From Mobula birostris (Eukaryota), in assembly GCF_030028105.1 (NCBI RefSeq), contig NC_092389.1:63508851-63572850 (forward strand): 64,000 nt of DNA. The letters run 5' to 3'. Of this stretch, positions 51,911 to 64,000 are shown piece by piece. Within the stretch, counting starts at the first letter, position 1, and each line of letters begins with the position of its first letter. The position numbers were made by a program, and so were the translations under genes. The notes beneath the pieces were generated by a model. It saw nothing but the letters and a program-made list of their open reading frames with translations, ran no database searches and was not told the origin of the DNA.

Positions 51911-52159
51911 GCCCTGTTCGACAGTTGCAGCTGATTGAGCGCGGGGCCCGACCGGAGTTGTAGTTCAAATCAAAAGCGGGTGTTTGTGAATTAAGTTCAA
52001 TAGTTTCTGTTTGAACAATTCGTGTCATTTGTATACTATTAGGCAGGAACTTGGGAGGATAAATTTGGAGCAGATTTATTTCGGGAAATGCTAGGCAGAA
52101 ATGTGGCAAGTAGAAGAAAAGAGTTTACCAACGTTTCGAGAAATTTGGTACTGTTAGAA

Positions 52160-54930
52160 TTCTAGAAAATTACAGGGATGGCAGGAAGGAGATGAAGAAT
52201 GAAATTGGGAGGGCTAGAAGTGGCCATGAGTAGGCATTGGCGAGCAGGATTAAGGAAAGCTCCAAGGCATTCGACAAGTATGTGAAGAGCAAGAGGACGA
52301 GCCGTCTGTGAACTTGACCAATCGGGAGCGATTGTGGAAACATGTGCCTGGAGTCCAGAGCCGGTAGCGGAGGTACTTAATGAATACTTTGCTTCAGTAT
52401 TCACCAAGGAAAAGGATCTTGGCAGTTGCCGGGTGCAGCGAGCTGAAACACTTCAGCATATAGAACTTAAGTAAGAGGATGTGCTAACTTTGAAAGGTAC
52501 AACGTTAGATAAGTCGCCGGGATCGGATAGAGCACAGCCCATGTTAATGTGGGAAGCAAAGCAGGAGATTCCTGAGTCTCTGGCAAAGATCTTTACATCA
52601 TAAATAGGGATGGGAAAAGTACCAGAGGATGGGAAGTTTGCAAAGGAGGTTGCAATGTTGGAGGCGAAGCACAGGAGGTTCATGAAGTTGACTCCAGAGA
52701 TGAGGGGGTTAGACTATGAGGTGAGATTGAGTTACCTGCGGCGGTACTTGCTGGAATTCAGAAGATTGATAGGAGATCTTAGAGAAACGTACACAATTAT
52801 GAAAGGGATAGTTAAGATAGAGGTAGGGAAGTTGTTTCCACTGGTAGGTGGTTCTAGAACTCGAGGACATAGCCTTAAGATTCGGAGGAGTAAATTTAGG
52901 ACGGAGCTGAGGATTAACTGCTTTACCCCGAAGTGTGGTAAATCTCTGGAATCCTCTGTCCGATGGAGCAGTGGAGACGAAAACACCGAATATATTTAAG
53001 ACAAGGCTGGATAGAGTTTTGCATAGTTGGGGAATTAAAGTTATGGGGGAAAGGCAGGTAGGTTGAGATGAGTCCATGGTCAGATCAGCCGTGATCTTAC
53101 TGAATGGCTTGATGGGCCTGATCCTGTTTCTAATCTCCTAATGTTCTAAGTGCTGTTCCCTTTTTCAGGAAAGGAAGTAGAGATGACCCGGGAAATTATA
53201 GACCAGTGAATCCTAATTCAGTGGCGGTCAAGTTGTTTGAAAAGCTCCTGAGATGCGGGATTCATAAGCATTTGCAAGAAATAATCTAATTAGTCAGACC
53301 GGCTTTCTCGAGGGTAGGTTATGCCTCACGATCCCGATTGAATTCTTTGAGGGTGTATCAAAACACATTGACGAAGGTAGAGCATTGGGATTGATTTCAA
53401 TGTATATTGATTTCAGTATTTGAAAAGTATCCCCGAGGAAGAATCATTCAGAAGTTAAGGAGGCATGGAACCAAGAAGAACTTGCTTTCTGACACCACAA
53501 TTGCCTTGCCCACAAGGTAAAGTGTGTCTGTAGATAGTTTGTATTCTGCACGGAGAATGATGACCAGTAGTGTTCCGCAGGAATCTGTACTGGGCCCCTC
53601 CCTTTTGGGATAGTTCTAAATGAGCCGGACGGGAAGTAGAAGGGTGGTTTAGTAAGTGTTCTGATAACACAGAAGTTGAGGGTATTGTGGACGGTCTGGT
53701 GGGCTGTCAGACATCACAGAGAGAAATATATAGGATGCAGAACTGGGCTGAGAAATAGCAGATGGATTTCAGTCCATATAACTGTGAAGTGGTTCCTTTC
53801 AGTAGTCAATCGTGAAGAATATAATATTAATGGTAAGACTCTTGGCAGTGTGGATGATCAGGGAGATCTTGGGGTTCCTGTCCATAGGACTCTTGGAGCT
53901 GCTGTGCAAGTTGACACTGTTGTTAAGAAGGCGTATGGTGTGATGACCTTCTTCAGCTGTGGGTTTCAGTTCAAGAGCAGTGAGCTAATGTTACAGCTAT
54001 ATAAGACCTTAGGTAGACCAACTTGGAGACTGTGTACAGTTCTGGTCACCTCACCACAGGAAGGACGTGGATACTATAGAGAGTATTCAAAGAAAATTTA
54101 CAAGGATGGTGCCTGGATTGGAGAGTGTGCCTTCTGAGACTAGGTTGGGTGAACTTGGCCTTTTCTCCTTGGAGCGTCAGAGATTGAGAGCTGACCTGAT
54201 AGAGGTGTACAAGATAATGAAAGGCATTGATCGTGGATCGGATAGGACAAAGAATGGCCAGCGGCTTTTACCCCCCAGGGCTGAAAAAGCTAACACGAGC
54301 GTTATAGTTTTAAGGTTCTTGGAAGTAGGTACAAGGGGATATCGCAGGTAAGATTTTGACACAGAGAGTAGTGGGTGCGTGGAATGCACTGCCAGCGATG
54401 GTGGTCGAAGCGGATACATAGAGCACAGAACAGTACAGCACAGTACAGGCCCTACGGCCCACATTGTTGTGCCGACCCTCAAACCCTGCCTCCCTTATAA
54501 CACCCCCACCTTAAATTTCTCCATCTACCTGTCTAGTAGTCTCTTAAATTTCACTAGTTTATCTGCCTCCACCACTGACTCAGGCAATGTATACCACGCA
54601 CCAACCACTCTCTGAGTCACAAACCTTCCTCTCATATCCCCCTTGAACTTCCCACCCCTTACCTTAAAGCCATATCCCCTTGTATTGAGCAGTGGTGCCC
54701 TGGGGAAGCGGCGCTGGCTATCCACTCTATCTATTCCTCTTATTATCTTTATACCACTATGATGTCTCCTCTCGTCCTCCTTCTCTCCAAAGAGTAAAGC
54801 CCGAGCTCCCTTAATCTCTGATCATAATCCATACACTCTAAACCAGGCAGCATCCTGGTAAATCTCCTCTGTACCCTTTCCAATGCTTCCACATCTTTCC
54901 TATAGTGAAGTGACCAGAACTGGACACAGG
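52160..54930. mobile_element. Nested CR1 fragments (+ strand to about 54420; - strand copy about 54418-54930)
   Basis: NEYFASVF, LEFRRLIGDL.ETY, IESIQRKFTRMVPGL, VQFWSLHYRKDVEALERVQRRFTRMLPGL. Confidence 0.85.
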
Positions 54931-54974
54931 CTGATAACTCGGAGGCTGGAGCTGAGCGACAGACTGGGAACTGG

Positions 54975-55148
54975 ACTGCAGATGCTGGAAATTCAAGCAA
55001 CACACACACACAATATGCTGGTGGAAAGCAGCTGGCCAGGCAGGATCTACAGGAAGTGCAGACGAAGGGTCTCGACCCGAAACGTCGACTGTACTTCTTC
55101 CTATAGATGCTGCCTGGCCTGCTGCGTTCACCAGCATTTTGTGTGTGT
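54975..55148. mobile_element. Penelope-like inverted cassette
   Basis: An antisense copy is fused to a sense copy that starts within the hammerhead core (gacgaagggtctcgacccgaaacgtcgac). Confidence 0.75.
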
Positions 55149-55531
55149 CACTTTAAATGACGCAAGTTTTCCATTCTTCGGGCACATTTCTCCATTTATC
55201 AAATAAATCCCTGGAATGGTCAAGTGAAATAGCAGAGAATTCGACCCACCTACGATAAAAACCATGTTGGCTTCATTTATTTCGTTGACCCAGATTACGG
55301 TATTAATCCAAAATTTGGAATACAATTTCTGCCAATGCAGCAATCACATCAGCGCCTTTTTGTTGTTTCTTGCATCACATAATTACATTTATTTTGCTGA
55401 TTTTACTGAAACGGTAAAACTACTAACATTCGTTCACCTGGCTGCAGAAATATAGGCATATTTACCAAACGTAAAAAAAAATATTGAAGTCTATTTCAAC
55501 TTCCGTCAACGCTTACAATTTGATTTACGTT

Positions 55532-56430
55532 TTACCTGCAGAAGCGACCGTTTAACGTAACCAGACGTTTCAATCCACCCTTTACCTCCTCCCTGAATTT
55601 CCTCTGTGACAGAGTGTAGATACACGTGTTGGTGCAGGTACTCAGAAACTGCAACATGAACCCAAACTGTTGTAGGATGTACGATGGGGTATTCAAATAT
55701 TTGTCTTTGTAAGAGTAATTCTGAACTTGCCAGTTCATAGTATACACAATAAAGGGGATCCACAACAATATGAAATTGGCTGATAGAGCGAACAACAAAA
55801 TTATTGATTTTCTCCGGTTCTCCACCTCTGGATCATTCCTTTTCTCTCTGCTGTTCCTGAGCCCCCGGCGAACTCTGTTTGCCGCGATGATATGGCTGAC
55901 TGTTAAAGCATTAAAAAGCAGAATCAAACAGATCGGCAATAAAGGCGTCGTGATAGTATTGAATAACTGGTGCGCTTTCCACGCTGGTAACGTAAGGAAA
56001 TCCATTGTCAAAATGCAGCGCCAGGGAATGTTGTCAATGATAATGATAGGTTCTACCGCAAAGTATAATGGGATATCCTTCGCACAACTCCATAAACACA
56101 CAATTACTATCGCAATAGTCGCTGTCCTCTCGGTGCAGTATCGCTCCCGCAGCTTTTGACTGCAGATTGCAATACAGCGATCGAACGTGAAAGCCACCGT
56201 GAGCCAAACAGAACAGTCCATGGCTGTGACCCTCAGGACAAGCGTCACGGCGCAAATCGGGGTAATGAGCAATGGAAACGCATAATTATAAATATTATTG
56301 ATCTCAGAGAGTACAACAGCAATAATAACACCCATTAAATCAGCTGCTGCCATTCCCACCAGGTAACGGGAGATGCATTTAGAGAGTCCGCAGTTTCCCA
56401 GAGACAAGATCACAATCGCCACTAAATTAA
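55532..56430 (-). CDS. GPR139-like GPCR paralog D, exon 2 (open through TM7; exon 1 not found)
   Basis: Acceptor ttccttgCAG|TTAATTTAGTG (phase 1). Motifs GMAAADLM, SVWLTVAFTFDRC, NFILLWIP and TCTNTCIY..SQRKFR. Confidence 0.9.
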
Positions 56431-56587
56431 CTGCAAGGAATCAAAGAAGAATTAGCTTCACGCGCATAAGCCCCGACCATTTTTACTTGGTATGTTCATA
56501 TAAACATGTTGAATCGGACTGAGTGAACCTCAGACATCTGATCCTATGCCGGATCAGGCAGGCTTCGATGTGGAGAGTGGAAATGCA

Positions 56588-57015
56588 TCACTGTCCTGCG
56601 TACGGCCTCTTCGTCACTGTCCTGCGTACGGGCTCCGTCACTGTCCTGCGTACGGGCTCCGTCACTGTTCTGTGTACGAGCTGCGTCACTGTCCTGCGTA
56701 CGGGCTCCGTCACTGTCCTGCGTGCGGGCTCCGTCACTGTCCTCCGTGCGGGCTCCGTCACTGTCCTGCGTGAGGGCTCCGTCACTGTACTTTTACGGGC
56801 TCCGTCACTGTACTGCGTACGGGCTGCGTCACTGTCCAGCGTACCGGCTGCGTCACTGTCCTGCGTACAGGCTGCGTCACTGTCCTGCGTACGGGCTCCG
56901 TCACTGTCCTGCGTACGGGCTGCGTCACTGTCCTGCGTACGGGCTCGGTCACTGTCCTGCGTACGGGCTGCGTCACTGTCCTGCGTACGGGCTCCGTCAC
57001 TGTCCTGCGTACGGG
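56588..57015. repeat. 24-bp CpG-rich minisatellite running into a gap
   Basis: gtcactgtcctgcgtacgggctcc, about 18 visible copies. Confidence 0.95.
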
Positions 57016-57215
57016 NNNNNNNNNNNNNNNNNNNNNNNNNNNNNNNNNNNNNNNNNNNNNNNNNNNNNNNNNNNNNNNNNNNNNNNNNNNNNNNNNNNNN
57101 NNNNNNNNNNNNNNNNNNNNNNNNNNNNNNNNNNNNNNNNNNNNNNNNNNNNNNNNNNNNNNNNNNNNNNNNNNNNNNNNNNNNNNNNNNNNNNNNNNNN
57201 NNNNNNNNNNNNNNN
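57016..57215. other. Assembly gap
   Basis: Run of 200 N. Confidence 1.
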
Positions 57216-57919
57216 CAGAAAACAGGCAATCCTGCTGCCATATTCCGTGAGGGAGGGAGATGGCCCAATCTCTAAACACGATTCAAATATGTTAATATTT
57301 TCACAAAAGAGAATTACATACAGCTACAATTACATATATCACCCTTTCCTGGGGATGCCTGACTTGAATAAATAATAGACATTTAAAAAAAATTGTACAA
57401 AGAAAACTCTACGTCAATGATACTATCATTGATACAGCTGACTTCCAACACATCAGCGTATTCACTTAGAAACATATCCCTATATTGAATAACTTATTCA
57501 CTTAAATTATCTTTATTATGAATCACAGCACACGACCCAGCCAGTAACACAACCTTCCCTGTTTCAGTAACAATCATTTTGCCCTCATTAATCAATGCTG
57601 AAATATTAAGATCATTTTATATCCCCCTATTTTCTAAATCATACTCCAAACAATTCCAAGTTAAATGACCCTTCAAATATTATGTCAATATGACCTCCAG
57701 TAAATCACATCCTTCCTCACCATGACCTGTGTCCTTTTTTTCTTAATAGTGTCACTTGGAGACGGATGCATCATCACATTAAAAACTTACATTTCTCCCA
57801 ATTTGCTTTACCAAATACTCCACCTCCTGCAAGTGGCATCGCATCCCCGACAAAATCCAAACTCAAGCTCATAGAGACAGTACGGCTGACTGACGTTCAT
57901 ATTAACTAATCACCGTTTG

Positions 57920-58226
57920 AGTTCTCATTTGACCGACACACACTGCAGCCAATGACAGCAGCGTTCAGAGGCGGGCCTGACCTACGATAGGCTGGTGGAA
58001 ATCTGTCCCCTGTTCAGCCCCTGCTGCTCCTCTCCATCGCCATGGCGGAGTTCAGCGAGTCGCTGCGGTCGGTGGTCGCCGGTCTCGGCGCCCACAGGGA
58101 CGGGTGTGGTTCTCCTCCGACGCCTCGGTGAGTCCATTCCGGTGATGTCTGTGGTGACTGAGAAACAAAATGCAGGGAGTTAGCGGGGAGGAAGTCCTAT
58201 GACTACAACTCCCAGAAGGCCCCGCT
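57920..58226 (+). promoter_or_regulatory. Promoter/first-exon-like cassette, copy 2
   Basis: ccaat at about 57949, GC box, gccATGG at 58042, donor GTGAGT at 58128, and ZNF143/THAP11-type actacaactcccagaaggc at 58202-58220. Confidence 0.6.
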
Positions 58227-58229
58227 GAT

Positions 58230-59825
58230 GACACAGAAGTCGGGGGTGTTGTGGGTAGTCTGCAGCGTTGTCAGAGATCACACCGGGAAATAGATAGGAT
58301 GCAGAACTGGGCTGAGAAGTGGCAGATGGAGTTCAACCCAGATACGTGTGAAGTGGTTCATTTCGACAGGTCAATTTTGAACACAGATTATAATATTAAT
58401 GGTAAGACACTTAGGCAGCGTGCAGGGTCAGAGAGATCTTGGGGTCCGTGTCCATACGACACTCAAAGCTGCTGTACAGGTTGGCAGTGTTGTTAAGAAG
58501 GCGTCTGGTGTGATGGATTCATCAACCGTGGGACTGAGTTGAAGAGCTGTGAGGGAATGTTGAAGCTATATTAGGAGACATTTAGTCCCCACTTGCAGTA
58601 CTGTGTTCAACTCTGGTCACCTCACTACAAAAAGAATGTGGATATGAAAGAGGGAGTGAAATGACTAACAGGAGGGGACATAGTTTTAAGGCGCTTGGAA
58701 ATCGGTACAAGGGGGATGTCAGGGGTAAGTTTTTCACACAGAGAGTGGATGGTGTGTGGAATGCACTGCCAGTGACAGTGGTAGACGCAGATACAATAGG
58801 ATATTGTAAGAGACCCTTAGATAGGTACATGGAGCTTAGAAAAATAGACGGCCATACGATAGGGAAATCCTAGGCAGTTTCTAGAGTAGGTTACATGATG
58901 GACACAACATTGTGGGCTGAAGGGCCTGTAATGTGCTGTAGATTTCTATGTTCTGTGTCAAAGGCAGGCAGAGGGATTAGTTTAAATGGACACCAGGAGA
59001 GCATGGAAAGGTTGGGCCGAAGGGCCTGTGTCAGTGCTGTAAGGGAGGGGCTCTGTCCCAAACATCGACCCTATTCCACTCAATAGATGCTGCCGGACTT
59101 GCCAAAGTTCTTGAAAAGTTGCATTCAGTTCTGCTTAGCATTCTGTACGAAGGATGTTTTGTGCTGGAAGACTGCAGAGGAGATTCATCACGATTGAGGG
59201 GGTTTGTGTCCATAAGACCATAAATCATAAGAGCAGAATTAGGCCATTCAGCCCATCGAGTCTGCTGACTTTCTGTCATGGCTGATCCCGGATCACACTC
59301 AATTCCATACACCTGACCTCTCGCCATATCCTTTGATGCCCTGACCGATCAGGAAACGATCAACTTCTGCCTTAAATATACCCACAGACTTGGCCTCTTC
59401 CGCAGTCTGTGCAGAGCATTCCACAGATCCAATACTCCCTGGCTGATAAAAAAAAATCCTCCTTACTTCTGTTTGAAAAAGTGGCCCCTCAACTTTGTGG
59501 ATGTGCCCTCTAGATCTTGATAGCCCCACTATTGGAAATATCCTCTCGGCATCCACCTTATCTGGTTCTTTCAGCATTCAGTAGGTTTCTATGAGATTCC
59601 CTCTGCATTCTTCAGAATTCCAGGGTGTACACGCTCAAAGTTGACAAATGCTCCTCATATGTTAACTCCTTCATTCCCAAAATCATCCTTCTGAACCTCC
59701 TTTGTACTCTCTCTGATGACAACTCATCCTGTCCGAGATATGGGGCCCAACACTGTTGACAATACTCCTAGTGTGTCCTGACTAGCGTCTCATAAAGGCT
59801 CAGCATTATCCCCTTGCGGTTATAC
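58230..59825. mobile_element. CR1 3' fragments (+ to about 58960; - about 59210-59825)
   Basis: WAEKWQMEFNPD.CEVVHF; RGHSFK...FFTQRV; RIFPIVGLSRSRGH. Confidence 0.85.
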
Positions 59826-59829
59826 TCAT

Positions 59830-62580
59830 GGGGCGGGATTGGACAGTATCGATCTACTGAGGGAGCTTGGAATCCGAGCTCACTACTCCAGATACTGGTT
59901 CCAGTGTCAGGCAGTTATGTTGCATCTGGAGAATTGCATTCTAATGTAGCAATAATGCAGAGGTTTTGGATGGTGAGTGGAAGAGGCTAAACAGGATGCT
60001 GCTCAGATAAATTGAGACTGGATAATCTCGGGTAATCTCCGGCAGAGGCTGAGGGAGGTCTGACAGACGTTTGCAGGATCGTGGGAGGCACAGACAGAGT
60101 GGATGTGTTCCTTGTGTAGGCAGAGAGATTGGTTTGATAACGCATGAAATGTCCAGTTCAGTTGGTTCAGAACAACACAGTGAGCAGAAGGGCCTGTTAT
60201 GGACAAGTACAGCAAGCAGAGCAGGTAAACTGGATAAAGTGTTCCCAGTCAGAGCACAGACTGTGACGTCAGTGGATATGCCGGCATCACAGTTCTCCCA
60301 CCAAAGATACTTCACTGCCGGAGAAAATGAAGTTTGTGATGTTTATAACCGATGTGGTGAATTGTACTGCTCAGGCATCCCATCCTGCTCAGTAAATTAA
60401 AATTATTGTGAAAGCTGCAGAACGGTATCTTGGTGTAACTGATGTTTTGCGGGAAGCTTTAAATGAAGTTTTGTTAGGTGGGGTATCTGTATCCCAGTCT
60501 ACCTGTGAACATGCATAATAGGATTAAAATATTGCAATGAAATGCGAGAACTCTGATTTATAGTAGTCAAGACTTTAAGAAGTTTACTTCTGATTTGTCA
60601 GATTTTTCCGATGTTATATCTTTTCAGGAAACCTGCACATTTTAAGTTTTTTTACTCCTGTGTAGGATTATATTGTCGTTTGGCTTGACATGTTAGTTGG
60701 CAGAGGGGTGGTGTTGCCAGTTTTATAAGGAAAAGGGCAGGGTATAGAGTTGTGAATGGGAACAAAATGTATGAGGAACTTGTAGAAGAAATTCTTGATT
60801 CAACAGGTTTCCTTTTTTTGAAAATACTAACATTTTGAATCGTATTTTGAGGTTTGGCCATCTAATTTCCTCATGGAAAATGGTTGTAGTAGTGCCCATT
60901 CTAATACCTGGAGCTCCCTGTCTGATCCTCCTTGTTATAGGCCAATATCAATAACGTCTTCTTTATGTAAACCTGTGGAATGTATGGTAATTGAGTGTTT
61001 AAAAACATAGAAACACAGAAAACCTACCGCACAATACAGGCCCTTCGGCCCACAAAGTTGTGCCAAACAAGTCCCTACCTTAGAAATTACCAGACTTCCC
61101 CATAGGCCTCTATTTTTCTAAACTCCATGTACCTATCCAAAAGTCTCTTAAAAGACCCTATCGTATCCGCATCCACCACCGTTGCCGGCAGCCCATTCCA
61201 CGCACTCACCACTCTCCGAGTAAAAAAACTTACCCCCGACATCTCCTCTGTACCTACTCCCCAGCACATTAAACCTGTGCCCTCCTGTGGCAGCAATTTC
61301 AGCCCTGGGAGAAAGCCTCTGACTAGCCACAAGATCAATGCCTCTCATCATCTTATACTCATCTATCAGGTCACTTCTCATCCTCCGTCGCTCCAAGGAG
61401 AAAAGGCCGAGTTCACTTAACCTGTTTTCATAAGGCACGCTCCCCAATGCAGGCAACATCATTGTAAATCTACTCCGCAACCTTTCTATGGTTTCCACAT
61501 CCTTTCTGTAGTCAGGCGACCAGAACTGAGCACTGTACTCCAAGTGGGGTCTGACCAGTGTCCAATGTAGCTGCAACATTACCTCTCGGCTCCTAAATTC
61601 TGTTGATGAAGGAGAATACACCGTATACCTTCTTAACAGCAGAGTCAACCTGCGCAGCTGCCTTGTGTGTCCTATGGACTCGGACCCCAAGATCCCAATG
61701 ATCCTCCACACTGCCAAGAGTCTGACCATTAATTCTATATTCTGCCATCATATTTAACCTACCACAATGAACCACCTCACACTTATCTAGGTTCAACTCC
61801 ATCTTCCACTTCTCAGCCCAGTTTTACATCCTATCAATGTCCCGCTGTAACCTCTGATAGTCTTGTAAAGGTATGGGTGGGAAAGTACGACATTGAATTC
61901 ATTTTTATTTTTGGAAGATGATATTAGGAAAGGACAGTTAAATATAGATGATGTAACAGCTGTATTTTTACTATTCAAAAGGCAGGTGGTATTTATGGAA
62001 GGAAAGACTTCTTATGAAATTGTGGAAATGAGGATGGGGGTGATTATCTAACTTTTTCTAGGTTTTTTTTTAATTGTATGTCTTGTGTCAGGTACGGGTG
62101 TGCAAGTTATATTCAGGTTGTTATGAGATAGAAATTGAGATCCCACAAGGCAGTATTTATTATTTCATGTTTTAATTAATAATATTTTTATGAGATAGGT
62201 TTAGAGTGCGTAAATCACTATATGCAGATGATGGAGGTTTATGGATTCGAGGTAGCAATTTCAATTTTACTGTATATAGGATGCATTAGCAATTAATAAG
62301 GTCGAAAAGTCGGCAAATAGATGGGATTTAACTTTTTGGTAGCTACAAGACAATTTATGTGTTTTACAAACAGGATTAATGGACGTCCACTTGATTTGAA
62401 ATGATATGGTCAAACTCCTTAAAATGCGTTTGTGGTAAGATATCCAGGTATGTGGATGGATAATAACCTGACATGGAAGCACCGGATCAGAAAATAATTG
62501 AGAAATATAAAGAAACATTAAATACTCTCAGTTATCTCTGTGGATATTCTGGAGCGTTACATGAAAATAGTTTTTGACCA
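59830..62580 (+). mobile_element. Decayed I/Nimb-type LINE interrupted by CR1
   Basis: ORF1-end IIVKAAERYLGV (about 60400-60435), ORF2-start ILQ.NAR (about 60528), and PQGS and LYADD (about 62140-62232). The 5' boundary is uncertain. Confidence 0.55.
61005..61862 (-). mobile_element. CR1 3' fragment
   Basis: LVRPHLEYSAQFWSP.YRKD; aacatagaa-type tail. Confidence 0.9.
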
Positions 62581-62584
62581 ATTT

Positions 62585-63580
62585 CTTTCTTTCTTTCTTT
62601 TTAAATCTTTTTTATTGAATTAGTACACAAAAGGTAAAACATATAGCAACCAATACATTGTTAAGATATAAATATACAAGTAATATTAATACAAAAAAAA
62701 TGCAAACAACGTAAGTTAGTTATAAAATAACAAGGTAATATCGCTGTATACTAATTTTCCATATATATCAATAGAACGAGAAAAAAAAGCCAAAAAAAAC
62801 CTACCGTGCAACTAACCTACAAAGCAAAGCAATGGGCTAACTAGGTAAATAGTAGACTTGAACAAATTAAACAATCACGTCCTCAAACCTGACATCCGCT
62901 AATAACAGATAAATCCGCAAAGGGAATGTATGTATGATCAGAGAGAAAAAAAAAAAGTTACATTAAATGAAAACATTGAATAAAAGATCTCCAGGTCTGT
63001 TCAAATTTAACTGAAGTATCATAAAGCTTACTTCTGATTTTTTTCCCAAATTTAGACACAGTATCGTTTGAGAGAACTGAAAAAACGTAGTCGGGGCATT
63101 AATCTCCTTCCAACGTTGTAGAATAAATCTTTTCGCCATTAAAGTAAGAAATGCAATCATTCTACGCACTGAGGGGGGTAAATTACTAGAAGTTTTGGGT
63201 AATCCAAAGATAGCAGTAATAGGATGGGGAGAAATATAACTATTCAAAACCTTTGAGATAATATTAAAAATGTCTTTCCAAAACGTTTCCAGAGTAGGAC
63301 AAGACCAAAACAAGTGGGTCAAGGAAGCTATCTTCCCATGACATCTATCACAAAGAGGGTTAATATGAGAGTAAAAACGAGCTAATTTATCTTTAGACAT
63401 GTGTGCTCTATGGACAACTTTAAATTGAATTAAGGAGTGTTTGGAACAGATAGAGGAAGTATTAACAAGTTGTAAAATATGATCCTTGTCATCAGCCGGG
63501 ATAGTAAGGCCCAATCCCTTTTCCCAGTCAGTCCTAATCTTATTGAAAGGAGCTTTCCTAAATTTCATGATAGTATTATA
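62585..63580 (-). mobile_element. L1 3' fragment, same family as 3243-6801
   Basis: HSLIQFKVVHRAHMSKDKLARFY...CDRC...LTHLFWSC; AATAAA and an A-rich tail. Confidence 0.9.
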
Positions 63581-63584
63581 AAGG

Positions 63585-63950
63585 AATGATAGTGTTATGG
63601 AGGTAAAGGAACCCCTTGGAAGTGGTGATCATAATATGATTGAGTTCAGTTTCAAATTTGAAAAGGAGAAGCTGGTATCAGGTGTATCGATATTTCAGTG
63701 GAACAGGGGAAATTACAGTGGTATGAGAGAGGAACTGGCCCAAGTCGATTGGAAAAGTCAGCTAAATGGAGGGACGGCAGAGCAGAATTGGATGAAATTC
63801 CTACAAGAAATAAGGAAAATGCAGGAAAAAATATATTCCAAGAAAAAAGAAAATCATGAATGGAAAAGTGGCACAAATGTGGCTAACGAGAGAGGTTAAA
63901 GCAAAAATAAAAGCAAAACAAACGGCGTACAAGGAAGCAAAAATTAGTGG
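63585..63950 (+). mobile_element. CR1 endonuclease-linker fragment
   Basis: EPLGSGDHNMIEF...NYSGMREELA. Confidence 0.85.
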
Positions 63951-64000
63951 GGTTATATGTGGTGACTTATCTGTACTCTGATAATAAAATTTACTTTTAA

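Overview
Eukaryotic, repeat-rich vertebrate DNA with four assembly gaps. The repeat content and gene style suggest a cartilaginous fish, probably a ray (inference). Genes: (1) a KRAB-less C2H2 zinc-finger array gene on the minus strand, with 14 fingers that run off the window start and a CpG-island promoter near 8.1 kb; (2) a tandem cluster of four two-exon GPR139/GPR142-like class A GPCRs at about 21.8-24.0, 29.6-31.8, 45.1-47.9 (+) and 55.5-56.4 kb (-). The first two receptors lie in a segmental duplication, and the first has lost TM7 by an in-frame deletion. The rest is decayed CR1, L1, Rex1-type, I/Nimb-type and Gypsy elements, minisatellites, and many short Penelope-like repeats carrying minimal type I hammerhead ribozyme motifs. 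The most interesting signals are the diversifying GPR139-like array (a candidate chemosensory repertoire), the hammerhead-bearing repeat family, and a duplicated orphan promoter/first-exon cassette with a ZNF143-type motif.
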